Source: an uncultured Candidatus Saccharibacteria bacterium
GTDB taxonomy: Bacteria; Patescibacteriota; WWE3; UBA101185; UBA10185
DNA length: 64,000 bases
Assembly: GCA_964387275.1 (NCBI GenBank)
Contig: CAYLVW010000001.1
Span: 227,436-291,435 of the forward strand
Direction: 5' to 3'
Shown in pieces: positions 9,965 to 19,683 of the stretch. The translations under genes were made by a program, and so were the position numbers. Every line of letters begins with the position of its first letter. Within the stretch, counting starts at the first letter, position 1. A model generated the notes under the pieces. That model ran no database searches and had not been told where the DNA came from. It worked only from the letters and a program-made list of their open reading frames with translations.

Positions 9965-11623
9965 GTGTCATTAACTACTGCCCTTGTTGCAATAACAATT
10001 TTGTTAATAGTCGTAATAGTTGTATTGACCATAAAACTTTTCCAGCACACTAAAGCGTACAAATCCCATGAGTTTAAACTTGATGAAGTTATCTCCAAGA
10101 GTGGCAGTGAGATTTCTCGGATTAATTATTTTTTGCAATTACAGGAAAAGTTAGATCATTCCTCTGAGTTAAGGTCAGTTTTGGACATTCTCCTGAGTGA
10201 ACTTTCATCGGTAGTACATTGTGATGCCATAAGTTATACCATATTTGACGGTGTTAAGGTTGTTAACAAAATATCTCTAAATATTGAGCTCCCTAGAAAC
10301 GCCTTAGAAGATTTTTCCAATAAGGGGCTTTCTGAATTTTCTCACGGTTTTGATAAAGAGATGGATTTTGCTAAGACCCAGGAAATCTTAGTAGGCCGGA
10401 CGCTGTCAAATGATAACACCAAGTTATTTAACTCTTATTTATTTGTGCAAATTTTTGTGGGAGACTCTTTTTCAGGTGTGTTGGGTATGGCTTCATTAGA
10501 CAGAGGATCTTTTTCTAAAGAAACCGAGGAGCTTGCTAGAAAATCATTAAGTTATGCCACAGGCACCATCGTATCCGTTAAGAACTTACTTAATAAAGAG
10601 CAAAACACATTATCTAAGATACTAGCAGGTTTAAGCGAGGGCGTTGCTGTGGTAAATAAGGACTTAACAGTTGAATTTACAAATGTAGTTCTTTCTGAGC
10701 TTTTGCAGACAGATAAATTAACAGATGTAAGTTTTTATGATTTGGCCGCTTCATTTAGTTCCAAATTTAATTTGGAGCAGAAAGTCAATAAAGTTTTTGA
10801 GGATGGTAAGGAGACGGTTTTTGAGGATTTAAACTTAGGTGAGAAATTTGTAAAAGTAGTTATTCTGCCAATTCTTTTCAATAATGTGGTTCAATCAGTA
10901 GCTGTTATTATTTATGATCTAACTAAAGAGATTGAGTTTAAACGCCTTGAGACAGAATTCACTGCAATGATTGTTCATGAGTTGCGGTCACCACTTACTG
11001 TAATAAGAGGAACTACCGATATGTTGATTAAAAATGTTGAATCGATGACTACAGATCAGAAGGTTACTTTACTTACACAGATGAAAGGGTCCTCCGAGAA
11101 TATGTTAAACCTGGTAAACGATCTTTTAGACACTGCAAAAGCGGAGGTGGGAAAATTACAGCTTAATAAAAATTATTTTGATATAAACGCTCTCATAGAT
11201 GAACGTCTAGTTAGTTATTTATCTATCGCTAATGAGAGGGGAATTTCGCTAGATTCAAAACTGGATAAATCTATAGGTCAGCTAAGTATTGATGAGGCTA
11301 AAATTAAACAGGTTCTAAATAACCTACTTTCGAATTCTTTAAAATTTACAGACTCCGGGGGTTTAATTACGGTAACAACTAAGAGAGACCATGGTTTTGC
11401 AGAGATAGTGGTATCAGATACAGGAAAGGGAATTTCCGATGAATCAAAAGCTAAACTATTCTCTAAATTTATGCAGTTTAAACAGAGAAATACTTCAGAT
11501 AAAGGTACTGGGTTAGGACTTGTTATAACCAAAGGAATAATTGAGACACATGGGGGGAGGATTTGGGTAGAAGACAATATTCCTAACGGTACAAAATTTA
11601 TTTTCACGCTACCTTTAACTTAA
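9965..11623 (+). CDS. Sensor histidine kinase (TM, GAF/PAS-like sensor, HisKA, HATPase_c)
   Basis: N-terminal TM helix, H-box MIVHELRSPLTVIRG, N-box LNNLLSNSLKFT, G-boxes DTGKGIS and GTGLGLVI. Confidence 0.85.
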   Translation: MSLTTALVAITILLIVVIVVLTIKLFQHTKAYKSHEFKLDEVISKSGSEISRINYFLQLQEKLDHSSELRSVLDILLSELSSVVHCDAISYTIFDGVKVVNKISLNIELPRNALEDFSNKGLSEFSHGFDKEMDFAKTQEILVGRTLSNDNTKLFNSYLFVQIFVGDSFSGVLGMASLDRGSFSKETEELARKSLSYATGTIVSVKNLLNKEQNTLSKILAGLSEGVAVVNKDLTVEFTNVVLSELLQTDKLTDVSFYDLAASFSSKFNLEQKVNKVFEDGKETVFEDLNLGEKFVKVVILPILFNNVVQSVAVIIYDLTKEIEFKRLETEFTAMIVHELRSPLTVIRGTTDMLIKNVESMTTDQKVTLLTQMKGSSENMLNLVNDLLDTAKAEVGKLQLNKNYFDINALIDERLVSYLSIANERGISLDSKLDKSIGQLSIDEAKIKQVLNNLLSNSLKFTDSGGLITVTTKRDHGFAEIVVSDTGKGISDESKAKLFSKFMQFKQRNTSDKGTGLGLVITKGIIETHGGRIWVEDNIPNGTKFIFTLPLT

Positions 11624-11627
11624 GTCT

Positions 11628-13031
11628 ATGAAAGTAAATAGAAACATTTTTCGTGAGTACGATATAAGAGGTATTTATGGGTCTGATCTGACCTTAGACC
11701 TAGCGTATCATGCCGGCAGGGCTTTTGGAACTGTCTTAAACTCTAAGTATATAAAGTCAGTAATTGTTGGGTACGATAATAGAGAAAGCTCTCCACTGAT
11801 AGCAGAAAAGCTAATAGATGGGTTAGTTACCTCGGGTATAAATGTGGTTAACACAGGTTTTGCGTTGACTCCTGAAATCGCATTTTTTACGTGCACTCAG
11901 GGTTTTGATTCGGGTATATCTGTAACAGCAAGTCATAATCCCAAAGAATTTAACGGGATTAAGTTTTACTTAAAAGATGCTGTGCCGTTTTTTGGATCCA
12001 GTTTGACTAAGCTTTCGGAACTTATGGAATTAGAGGATTATGTACTAGGTGAGGCTCGAAAAGTTAGTGTCGATTACGGAGACCAGTATATTGCAGAGTT
12101 CCTCTCCAGATTTAAATATAAAAAGAGTGTTAAAGTTGTTGTTTCCTCAAGAAATGGAACTCCTGGTAAATTTCTCAAACAAATATTTGATAACCTAGGC
12201 CATACTGTAACTGAACTAGATTGTGAGCTTGACCAGAATTTTCCAAAAGGTGCTCCAAACCCAGAGGATCCAATGTATCTTGCAGAGGTTTCAGCTAAGG
12301 TTTTAGAGAGCTCCTCTGATGTTGGCTTTGCTTTTGATACAGACGGGGATCGTGTGGCTGTTTGCGATGAAAAAGGTGTATTTTATGAAACAGATAAATT
12401 GCTAATGCTTCTTTCTACTTATCTGCTAAAGTCTACGCCTGGAGCAAAAATAATATATGATGTGAAATCCAGTGAAAATCTTAAAGAACTAATAGAAAAT
12501 TCTGGGGGAACTCCCAAGATGGTAAAGACTGGGCGTACAGTTTTTTCTGAAGAACTAAGAGGCGGCGCAATTCTTGGTGCTGAATACGCTGGTCACATTT
12601 TTTATGGCAAAGAGTTTTTTGGAATAGATGATGCAATATACACTTCATGCAAAGTTCTTGAAATACTAGATACGAGTGGGAAAAGCTTATCCGAACTGTT
12701 TTTTGATTATAAGAAAATGTATCATACTACCGAAATTAAAATTCCTTGTTCGGATTCCAATAAATTTGAGGTTATCCAGAAAGTAAAGAAATCTATTGTA
12801 TCTGATCCTTTATTTACAGATCACTTAGATATAGATGGGGCTAGGGCTTATTTGTCTGATAGGTCCTGGATGCTTGTGAGGGTATCAAATACATCACCTT
12901 ATCTTACTACTCGTATTGAAGCACTAACTGAGAGTAGTTTTAAAGTGTTAAAGGAAAAGCTAATTCAGATTCTTGCCCAGAATAATTTAGATACTGATTT
13001 ATTGGATAAAGTAAGGGTTATCTACTCTTGA
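11628..13031 (+). CDS. Phosphohexomutase (phosphoglucosamine mutase/phosphomannomutase family, GlmM/ManB-like)
   Basis: Active-site loop GISVTASHNPKEFNGIKF (phosphoserine), metal-binding FAFDTDGDRV, and a sugar-binding loop. Confidence 0.8.
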   Translation: MKVNRNIFREYDIRGIYGSDLTLDLAYHAGRAFGTVLNSKYIKSVIVGYDNRESSPLIAEKLIDGLVTSGINVVNTGFALTPEIAFFTCTQGFDSGISVTASHNPKEFNGIKFYLKDAVPFFGSSLTKLSELMELEDYVLGEARKVSVDYGDQYIAEFLSRFKYKKSVKVVVSSRNGTPGKFLKQIFDNLGHTVTELDCELDQNFPKGAPNPEDPMYLAEVSAKVLESSSDVGFAFDTDGDRVAVCDEKGVFYETDKLLMLLSTYLLKSTPGAKIIYDVKSSENLKELIENSGGTPKMVKTGRTVFSEELRGGAILGAEYAGHIFYGKEFFGIDDAIYTSCKVLEILDTSGKSLSELFFDYKKMYHTTEIKIPCSDSNKFEVIQKVKKSIVSDPLFTDHLDIDGARAYLSDRSWMLVRVSNTSPYLTTRIEALTESSFKVLKEKLIQILAQNNLDTDLLDKVRVIYS

Positions 13032-13100
13032 TTGTAGAAGCTTATCCAACTAGAATTAGTATAAGTAATAATTAACAAATTTAAGTTAAGGATTTTATAG

Positions 13101-15371
13101 ATGAATAAAAGTACTGCTCCTGCTTTATGGTTTTCTCAGATTAGGAAAACTGACCTTCCGATAGTTGGAGGTAAGGGTGCTAATTTAGGCGAGATGACTT
13201 ACGCCGAAATACCTGTACCAAATGGTTTTGTAGTAACCTCAACTGCTTATTTTGAATTTTTAAAATCAACCTCACTAAAACAGAAGATAATCACTGAACT
13301 TTCTGGTCTTAATGTCAATGATAGCAAGAAGTTGCAATTAGCTTCAAAGAATATAAAAACAGCTATTATGTCTGCCGAGATGCCTCAAGATATTCAGGAT
13401 GCAATTAAAACTTATTATCATGAGTTAAGTGGTAAGGAGGATAGATTCGTTGCTGTTAGATCTTCTGCAACTGCGGAAGATTTACCAGACGCTTCTTTTG
13501 CAGGTCAGCAAGAAACTTATTTAAACGTAAAAGGTTTTAAAGATGTTGTGCACCACGTTCAGAAATGTTGGGCTTCCCTTTTTGAGGCAAGAGCCATATT
13601 TTATAGAGTTCAGAATAAATACAGTCATTTAAAAGTTGGTATTGCAGTTCCGGTGCAGTTGATGGTTCAATCTGAGGTCTCCGGCATTATGTTTACCGTA
13701 AATCCACTTACAAATGACACTGATGAGGTTTCTGTAGAAGCAGCTTGGGGTTTGGGCCAGCCGATAGTTTCAGGAGAAGTTACACCTGACCAGTATATTG
13801 TAAATAAGAAAAGTGGAAAAATTACTTATAAGTACTTATCTAAGCAAACGTGGCAATTTACTATTTCCGGCAACGTCCCAGTTGCAAAAGCACACCAGAA
13901 GGTTCAAAAACTAAGTGACAAGCATATATTAGAGTTAGCGAAGATAGGTTTAAAAGTTGAGGAACATTATGGTAGGCCTCAGGATATGGAATGGGGTATG
14001 GAGGATGGTGAGCTCTATGTAGTACAAGCAAGGCCTGTTACCACACTAAAAGCTAAGGAAAAGAAGGAAGAAGCTGTATTGGATCCTTCCAAGAAGCTTA
14101 ATGTAGTGTTAGAGGGGTTAGGTGCGTCTCCGGGTATAGCTTCTGGCACAGTTAAGATTATTAAAACAGCCTCAGAGATAGATAAAGTAAAAGAAGGAGA
14201 CATTTTGGTAGCTGTTATGACAAATCCAGATTTTGTACCGGCAATGAAAAGAGCAGTTGCTATATTAACTGATGAGGGCGGTAGAACCTCACATGCATCT
14301 ATTGTTTCGCGAGAACTTGGTATTCCAGCTGTAGTTGGGTCCTCACACGCTACAACTATGTTAAAAAATGGCGAAGTTATTACAGTTGATGGATTTTCTG
14401 GGAAGGTATACGAAGGAAATGTTTCCGTAATGCAAGAGGTTAAAAATGATGGAAAAGATTACTCTAAGGTTAAGACGGCCACAAAAGTGTACATGAATTT
14501 AGCTGAGCCTGAGCTTGCTGAGGAAATGTCTAAAAGAAATGTAGACGGTATTGGTTTACTAAGAGCAGAATTTATGATTGCTCAGATTGGTACTCACCCT
14601 CGAAAACTAATAAAAGATGGTAAAGCAAAAGATTTTACAAAGAAATTAGAAGAAGGTTTACTAAAGTTTGCTGAGTCTTTTAGCCCTAGGCCTGTAGTTT
14701 ATCGATTTACTGATTTCAAGACTAATGAGTACGCTTCATTACGTGGTGGTAAGGAGTTTGAGCCTTACGAACCAAATCCGATGATTGGGTTTAGGGGTAC
14801 TGGGAGATACTTGGATGATGCTGAGGTTTTTAAGTTGGAAGTAGAGGCAATTAAGAACGTAAGAAATAAGCATGGATTTAAAAATTTGCATGTAATGTTC
14901 CCGTTTGTTAGGACAGTTCAGCAGCTAATTGACGGAAAGAAGTTGCTATCCTCACTAGGGCTTAGGCGAAGTGCTTCTTTTAAAGTATGGATGATGGTCG
15001 AAATTCCTTCTAATGTTATTTTGCTTGATGAGTTTTTATCTCAGGGTGTTGATGGTGTATCAGTTGGTACAAACGATTTAACAATGCTTACACTTGGTGT
15101 AGATAGAGATAACAATAAAGTTGCTAAGACGTACAGCGAGCTTGATGAGTCTGTGCAAAGAAGTCTTGAGAAGATTATTACAACATGTAAGAAGCATAAA
15201 GTTACATGTTCGGTATGTGGGCAAGCCCCATCAGTATATCCTGAGCTTGTAGAGAAGTTTGTAGAGTGGGGAATAACCTCGGTTTCTGTTGCCCCGGATG
15301 TTATAGAAAAAACTAGGGGTATTGTTTATGAGGCTGAGAAAAGAGTTTTGGGTCGAGGTAGGAAGAAGTAG
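13101..15371 (+). CDS. ppsA: Phosphoenolpyruvate synthase (pyruvate, water dikinase)
   Basis: 756 aa. N-terminal PEP/pyruvate-binding (ATP-grasp) domain with IVGGKGANLGEM, a central phosphohistidine domain (GGRTSHASIVSRELGIPAVVG) and a C-terminal PEP-utilising TIM barrel. Confidence 0.8.
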   Translation: MNKSTAPALWFSQIRKTDLPIVGGKGANLGEMTYAEIPVPNGFVVTSTAYFEFLKSTSLKQKIITELSGLNVNDSKKLQLASKNIKTAIMSAEMPQDIQDAIKTYYHELSGKEDRFVAVRSSATAEDLPDASFAGQQETYLNVKGFKDVVHHVQKCWASLFEARAIFYRVQNKYSHLKVGIAVPVQLMVQSEVSGIMFTVNPLTNDTDEVSVEAAWGLGQPIVSGEVTPDQYIVNKKSGKITYKYLSKQTWQFTISGNVPVAKAHQKVQKLSDKHILELAKIGLKVEEHYGRPQDMEWGMEDGELYVVQARPVTTLKAKEKKEEAVLDPSKKLNVVLEGLGASPGIASGTVKIIKTASEIDKVKEGDILVAVMTNPDFVPAMKRAVAILTDEGGRTSHASIVSRELGIPAVVGSSHATTMLKNGEVITVDGFSGKVYEGNVSVMQEVKNDGKDYSKVKTATKVYMNLAEPELAEEMSKRNVDGIGLLRAEFMIAQIGTHPRKLIKDGKAKDFTKKLEEGLLKFAESFSPRPVVYRFTDFKTNEYASLRGGKEFEPYEPNPMIGFRGTGRYLDDAEVFKLEVEAIKNVRNKHGFKNLHVMFPFVRTVQQLIDGKKLLSSLGLRRSASFKVWMMVEIPSNVILLDEFLSQGVDGVSVGTNDLTMLTLGVDRDNNKVAKTYSELDESVQRSLEKIITTCKKHKVTCSVCGQAPSVYPELVEKFVEWGITSVSVAPDVIEKTRGIVYEAEKRVLGRGRKK

Positions 15372-15405
15372 TTTTGTTGTTGTTTTTGGTTTAGTTTGAT
15401 GTTTT

Positions 15406-15432
15406 GGGCCGCCTGCATTCTGCAGGCGGCCC
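15406..15432 (+). terminator. GC-rich perfect hairpin downstream of ppsA (GGGCCGCCTGCA-TTC-TGCAGGCGGCCC); no U-tract
   Basis: A 12-bp perfect stem with a 3-nt loop lies 35 nt after the ppsA stop, in an AT-rich intergenic region. Confidence 0.5.
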
Positions 15433-15524
15433 CATCTCGCATACCTCTTTAATTACCTCCGTACACTCACTACCAAAATATTCTTCCGTTCCTCCTCTTT
15501 TGTCTTAAGTGCACATACTCTATA

Positions 15525-16784
15525 ATGAAACTAATGCCTAATTCGAAGCCTAAAATTGAAAAGATAAGTTGCCACAAAATAGTAAATTCAAGAGGCGACT
15601 GGACAATAGCTACTAAAGTACTGTTAACAGATGGAAGTGTGGGCGTGCAAACGATACCAGACGGTGCGTCAAAGGGAGAACATGAGGCCCATACCATTCC
15701 TCCGGAGAAAGCAGTTCAGGTTGTAAGTTCTGTATTAAATGATGCGTTACAAAGCGAAGACCCCTTTGATCAAAAAAATATAGATAATACTCTACTTGAA
15801 CTCGACGGTACACCTAATAAATCTCATCTGGGGGCCAACAGCTTGTTGTCCGTGTCTTTAGCAGTTGCAAGATCCACGGCGCAACACTACAAGATCGAGT
15901 TATTTGAGAGAATCGCTCAGATATATGAAAATAAATTAGCTCTTAATGGAGAATTAAAATTTCCAACTCCTGTTTTTAATATCCTCAATGGAGGTAAACA
16001 CGCAAATAACGGTTTATCTTTTCAAGAGTTTATGATTATACCGTCTCCAAAAGTAGACTACGACAGGAGTGTATCTATGGGTATAGAGATCTACCATTTA
16101 CTTAAAAAAGAACTACAGCTGCTTGGTAAGGCAACTGGGGTTGGTGATGAGGGAGGTTTTGCGCCAAGCGGTTTCAACCCTGAAACAGCTCTTGAGATTT
16201 TGCGAAACTCTGTATCGAGAAAATATAAGCCTGGAGATGATGTTTTTTTTGGAATGGATGTAGCGTCAGGATCCTTTTATAATGGTCACTCCTATGTTCT
16301 TCCTGAAATTGGTGCTACTTACAATGTTTCACAGATGAATGAATATTACGGAAAATTATTAAAGAAATTTGAATTACTATATATTGAGGACCCGTTTTAT
16401 GAAAATGATATTGATGGTTGGAAAAGTTTCTACACTAATTTTAGTGGTAAAGTTATGGTTGTCGGTGACGATCTTGTGGTTACAAACCCAAAACTGCTTT
16501 CTAAATACTCCAAAAACTCAATGCTAAATGCTGTAATTGTAAAACCAAATCAAATAGGTACACTAACAGAAACCTTGGACTTTATTAAAATAGCTCAGAG
16601 CCACAAGATGGGTGTGATAGTCAGCCATAGAAGTGGTGATACTGCTGAAGATACTTTTATTTCTGACTTAGCTGTAGGAACGTCCGCAGACTTTATAAAA
16701 TCAGGCGCACCCGCAAGAGGAGAACGAGTAGCAAAATACAACAGATTATTAGATATTTATGATATGCATAGATTTAGCAAGTGA
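15525..16784 (+). CDS. eno: Enolase (phosphopyruvate hydratase)
   Basis: Enolase signatures VKPNQIGTLTET and SHRSGDTAEDTFISDLAVG, with an N-terminal ...SRGDWTIATKV... barrel-capping domain. Confidence 0.9.
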   Translation: MKLMPNSKPKIEKISCHKIVNSRGDWTIATKVLLTDGSVGVQTIPDGASKGEHEAHTIPPEKAVQVVSSVLNDALQSEDPFDQKNIDNTLLELDGTPNKSHLGANSLLSVSLAVARSTAQHYKIELFERIAQIYENKLALNGELKFPTPVFNILNGGKHANNGLSFQEFMIIPSPKVDYDRSVSMGIEIYHLLKKELQLLGKATGVGDEGGFAPSGFNPETALEILRNSVSRKYKPGDDVFFGMDVASGSFYNGHSYVLPEIGATYNVSQMNEYYGKLLKKFELLYIEDPFYENDIDGWKSFYTNFSGKVMVVGDDLVVTNPKLLSKYSKNSMLNAVIVKPNQIGTLTETLDFIKIAQSHKMGVIVSHRSGDTAEDTFISDLAVGTSADFIKSGAPARGERVAKYNRLLDIYDMHRFSK

Positions 16785-17338
16785 TTACTCGTTATCTTGA
16801 AGTTTCAGCAAATCCCACTATAAAAATAAAAGTCTCAATCCTAAAAAGACGTGATGTTAAACATGTTACTGTAAGAAGATTTGGTACTGACGTTTTTCAT
16901 ATATCTGCACCAAAGCTTTTGTCAACCGTACATGTTTACGATTATATTAAAAGTAATTTAGAAGGACTCCTTACTTTACGTATATGCAAAGACTCTAAAA
17001 AAAATACTAGACTTGAATACCTTAGAACTAAAAGGGAAGCAATGGTTCTTGTAGAAGCTATAGTAAAAAAGTACCAAAGTTTGTACCCATTTCCTCCCCA
17101 TACAATAAAAATAAAAAACACATCAAGTATTTGGGGCAGTTGTAGTAGTTCCAGTAGCCTTAGTATAAATTACAGGATTGTTAAACTTCCAAGTCATTTA
17201 CAAGAGTATATAGTCTTGCATGAGCTTTGCCACCTCTATGAAATGAATCACTCTAGTAAATATTGGAAGTTAGTAGAACAACTAGATCCAAAATACAAAA
17301 TTAAGCACAGGGAATTAAAAAAGCTCCACACTTTGTGA
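16781..17338 (+). CDS. YgjP/DUF45-family zinc metallohydrolase (WLM/SprT-like HExxH)
   Basis: HELCHLYEMNHSSKYWKLV matches the DUF45 (PF01863) HExxH...NHS..FW signature. It has a GTG start overlapping the eno stop. Confidence 0.65.
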   Translation: MITRYLEVSANPTIKIKVSILKRRDVKHVTVRRFGTDVFHISAPKLLSTVHVYDYIKSNLEGLLTLRICKDSKKNTRLEYLRTKREAMVLVEAIVKKYQSLYPFPPHTIKIKNTSSIWGSCSSSSSLSINYRIVKLPSHLQEYIVLHELCHLYEMNHSSKYWKLVEQLDPKYKIKHRELKKLHTL

Positions 17339-17370
17339 TTGTTTTATCAAAGTATGGAGCTGCAAATACA

Positions 17371-17748
17371 TTACTTTCCGTTTCTTATTACAGTAGCAGG
17401 TATATTGTTTCTTCCTATCTCCCCGATATACTTACGTGGCTTAACATTCATCCCAATAAGCATTAGCACCTTACCTGTAGTTTCATCAACTATAGCCTTA
17501 AGCTTAGTCTTTTGTCGCTTAGGAGAGACAACTCTAATGGATAGGTCTATCTTGTGTTTGGTTACTGATTCAGTGTTTACAACAAGATAGTAGTGGCCTT
17601 CAATTAGTTCCAGACCATTATCTGGATAAAGGATAACTTTTTCGCCATCAAATTCAACTCTAGCTGTGCCCAGGATATTGTTAAATCTCTGCCCGTGTAC
17701 AGTCCTAAGTACATAGGCGTGCCCCTTTGGCAGGGTTTGGATAATCAC
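17371..17748 (-). CDS. Hypothetical protein (125 aa)
   Basis: Preferred over the overlapping + strand ORF 17339..17590 on amino-acid composition and because it continues the minus-strand lexA-gpm operon. No recognisable domain. Confidence 0.4.
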   Translation of the reverse strand: MIIQTLPKGHAYVLRTVHGQRFNNILGTARVEFDGEKVILYPDNGLELIEGHYYLVVNTESVTKHKIDLSIRVVSPKRQKTKLKAIVDETTGKVLMLIGMNVKPRKYIGEIGRNNIPATVIRNGK

Positions 17749-17849
17749 TTTTCTTCTCCTTTTCCTCTTTACCTATTCTACCACCCAAAGCCAATCATTA
17801 TAACCTATAATATTGAAATAGGCAATTCTAAGGTGTTGACCAAAATCTC

Positions 17850-18059
17850 TTACTCTACTTTCCTTAGTTTATATAGGTTATCTAGCTTCTCAGTTACCTG
17901 ATACACTCCATCAAATCCACTAATTTGTATCCTGATTCCCCCTGTAAGAAGAACTTTTGTAGTTAGTTGCATTTCCTTTTGAGAAAAAATTCCAAGCCCG
18001 TAATAAGTAGAACCAGTTAGTGAATAGATTTCTCGTTCGAAGTCAGCGGTCACTCTCAC
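17850..18059 (-). CDS. Hypothetical small protein (69 aa)
   Basis: Lies 11 nt downstream of the gpm-like gene on the same strand. No known motif. Confidence 0.3.
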   Translation of the reverse strand: MRVTADFEREIYSLTGSTYYGLGIFSQKEMQLTTKVLLTGGIRIQISGFDGVYQVTEKLDNLYKLRKVE

Positions 18060-18070
18060 AACCCCTTTCT

Positions 18071-18757
18071 CTAGCGTATTATATAGGACAGATAGTCTTG
18101 CGCAAGCGGTGTTTCCATTTCACAGACTTCTTCTACAGTAAGGTTTTCGAAGTATTTTCTAAATCCTCTAATTGAATTTCCATGACAAGAAATAGCAACA
18201 TTGATGTTGTTATCTTTGATCATTGGTACTATTTCATCGCAAAAATTCTTTACCCTCAGAATTACTTCTTCTAAGTTTTCACCGCCTTGTGCTTTTTTTG
18301 TATAGGATCGTCTATATTCTTTTAATAATTCAGGATTTTCTAGTTGGAGTAATAGTTTACTTTGTCCCTGTAATTCACCGTAGCATCTTTCTCTAATTCT
18401 AAAATCCGTATGTATGTCTAAACTAGTTGCTGTTGGATTTTTTGACATTGCTAATCTCATTGTTTGGACTGCTCTAACTTGAGGTGAGGAGATTAACATC
18501 TGAATTTTTTTATCTTTGAGTTTATCTGCTAGGTCCAAGGCTTGTTTTTCGCCTTTTAAAGTTAATTTTGCATCACGCCATCCACTGAATATGTAGTTTT
18601 CGTTATCTTCTGATTGGCCATGTCTAAATATATAGACTGTAGGTAGGCTAGAGTCTTCCTCCTTTGGCATGAATGTAGTTTTTTTATAATTCAGGGTTTC
18701 GAGAGCATTATCTACAGTATCTTTTCCATACTTTGTATAAAAAGAGTTTAAATCCAT
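18071..18757 (-). CDS. Histidine phosphatase superfamily protein, 2,3-bisphosphoglycerate-dependent phosphoglycerate mutase-like
   Basis: Catalytic RHG motif (VYIFRHGQSEDNENYIFSGWRD) and second His motif (SCHGNSIRGF) as in dPGM/GpmB enzymes. Confidence 0.65.
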   Translation of the reverse strand: MDLNSFYTKYGKDTVDNALETLNYKKTTFMPKEEDSSLPTVYIFRHGQSEDNENYIFSGWRDAKLTLKGEKQALDLADKLKDKKIQMLISSPQVRAVQTMRLAMSKNPTATSLDIHTDFRIRERCYGELQGQSKLLLQLENPELLKEYRRSYTKKAQGGENLEEVILRVKNFCDEIVPMIKDNNINVAISCHGNSIRGFRKYFENLTVEEVCEMETPLAQDYLSYIIR

Positions 18758-18796
18758 ATATTTAGTATAAAGTACTTTAGCTAAATAGTTGAGTGT

Positions 18797-19426
18797 TTAG
18801 TTAAATTTTCTGATTACACCTGTGACTACACCCTGCACTATTATGGAATCAGCATCTACTATTATAGGATCCATTTCGTCATTAGCCGGTTGCAGTCTGA
18901 TTTTTCCGCCTTTTTCTTTGTAAAATCTTTTCAGGGTGGCAAAGCCATTGTCTACTAGTGCTACAACAATATCTCCGTTGTTTGCTGTGTCTTGCTGTTT
19001 AATAACTACGAAATCATCATTAAATATTCCATCTTTGATCATAGAGTCCCCTTTAACTTGTAGGACATAACATCTTTTAACTTTTGAAACTAAGTCTGGG
19101 GATACTGTCACAGTTGCTAAGGGATTTTCAATTGCTTCGATAGGTTTGCCTGCTGCAATATAGCCTACGAGGGGTAGTTCTATACCTAAAAGGGCAGCAT
19201 TAATTTTTTCGTCGAGTATTTCTATTCCTCTAACAGCGCCCTCAAATCTTCTGATAAGACCTTTTTTAACGAGGGCTTGTAAATGTTCATGTACTGTTGC
19301 CAGAGATGACAAGCTCATTGCATTGGCTATTTCTTGGAGAGTTGGTGAAGTACCATTAAGTTGTATGTATTGGGATATATAATCCAAAATTTGCTTTTGT
19401 TTTTTATATACTGTAACTGGACTCAT
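18797..19426 (-). CDS. lexA: LexA repressor (SOS regulator; wHTH + S24 peptidase)
   Basis: N-terminal winged helix, Ala-Gly self-cleavage site (VGYIAAGKPIEA), Ser nucleophile (VKGDSMIKDG) and Lys general base (ATLKRFYKE). Confidence 0.9.
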   Translation of the reverse strand: MSPVTVYKKQKQILDYISQYIQLNGTSPTLQEIANAMSLSSLATVHEHLQALVKKGLIRRFEGAVRGIEILDEKINAALLGIELPLVGYIAAGKPIEAIENPLATVTVSPDLVSKVKRCYVLQVKGDSMIKDGIFNDDFVVIKQQDTANNGDIVVALVDNGFATLKRFYKEKGGKIRLQPANDEMDPIIVDADSIIVQGVVTGVIRKFN

Positions 19427-19547
19427 TATATTCTCCTCATAGAAGATTCCGTATTTTAAACTCTACGGGTTCTTCTCTTATAGCGAGTTGTACTTGTGCT
19501 TATCGTTAGGTAGGCACTTAATCTTCCCGCTACAAAAATAAATTAAT

Positions 19548-19608
19548 GGTTACCGAATTTTTGTATTTTCTTCGGTAATGTAATATTACCGAATAGTTCC
19601 CGAAAGTC
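19548..19608. promoter_or_regulatory. Candidate SOS operator region in the divergent lexA/uvrB promoter: overlapping palindromes TTACCGAA-N13-TTCGGTAA and TTCGGTAA-N7-TTACCGAA, plus a CCGAA direct repeat
   Basis: Read directly from the sequence between divergently transcribed lexA (-) and uvrB (+). TTACCGAA lies at 19550-19557, TTCGGTAA at 19571-19578 and TTACCGAA at 19586-19593. Confidence 0.45.
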
Positions 19609-19683
19609 AACAAAGATTTTCCTTATTTTAGGTTATTACCTCCAACACCAGATTTATTTACGAAGGTAACCCGAAATGATATT

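Noticed and set aside
17339-17590. + strand 83-aa ORF overlapping the minus-strand 125-aa ORF
   Set aside because: It has a low-complexity Ser/Leu/Ile/Pro-rich composition, it breaks the strand continuity of the lexA-gpm minus-strand block, and the antisense frame is the longer and more protein-like one.
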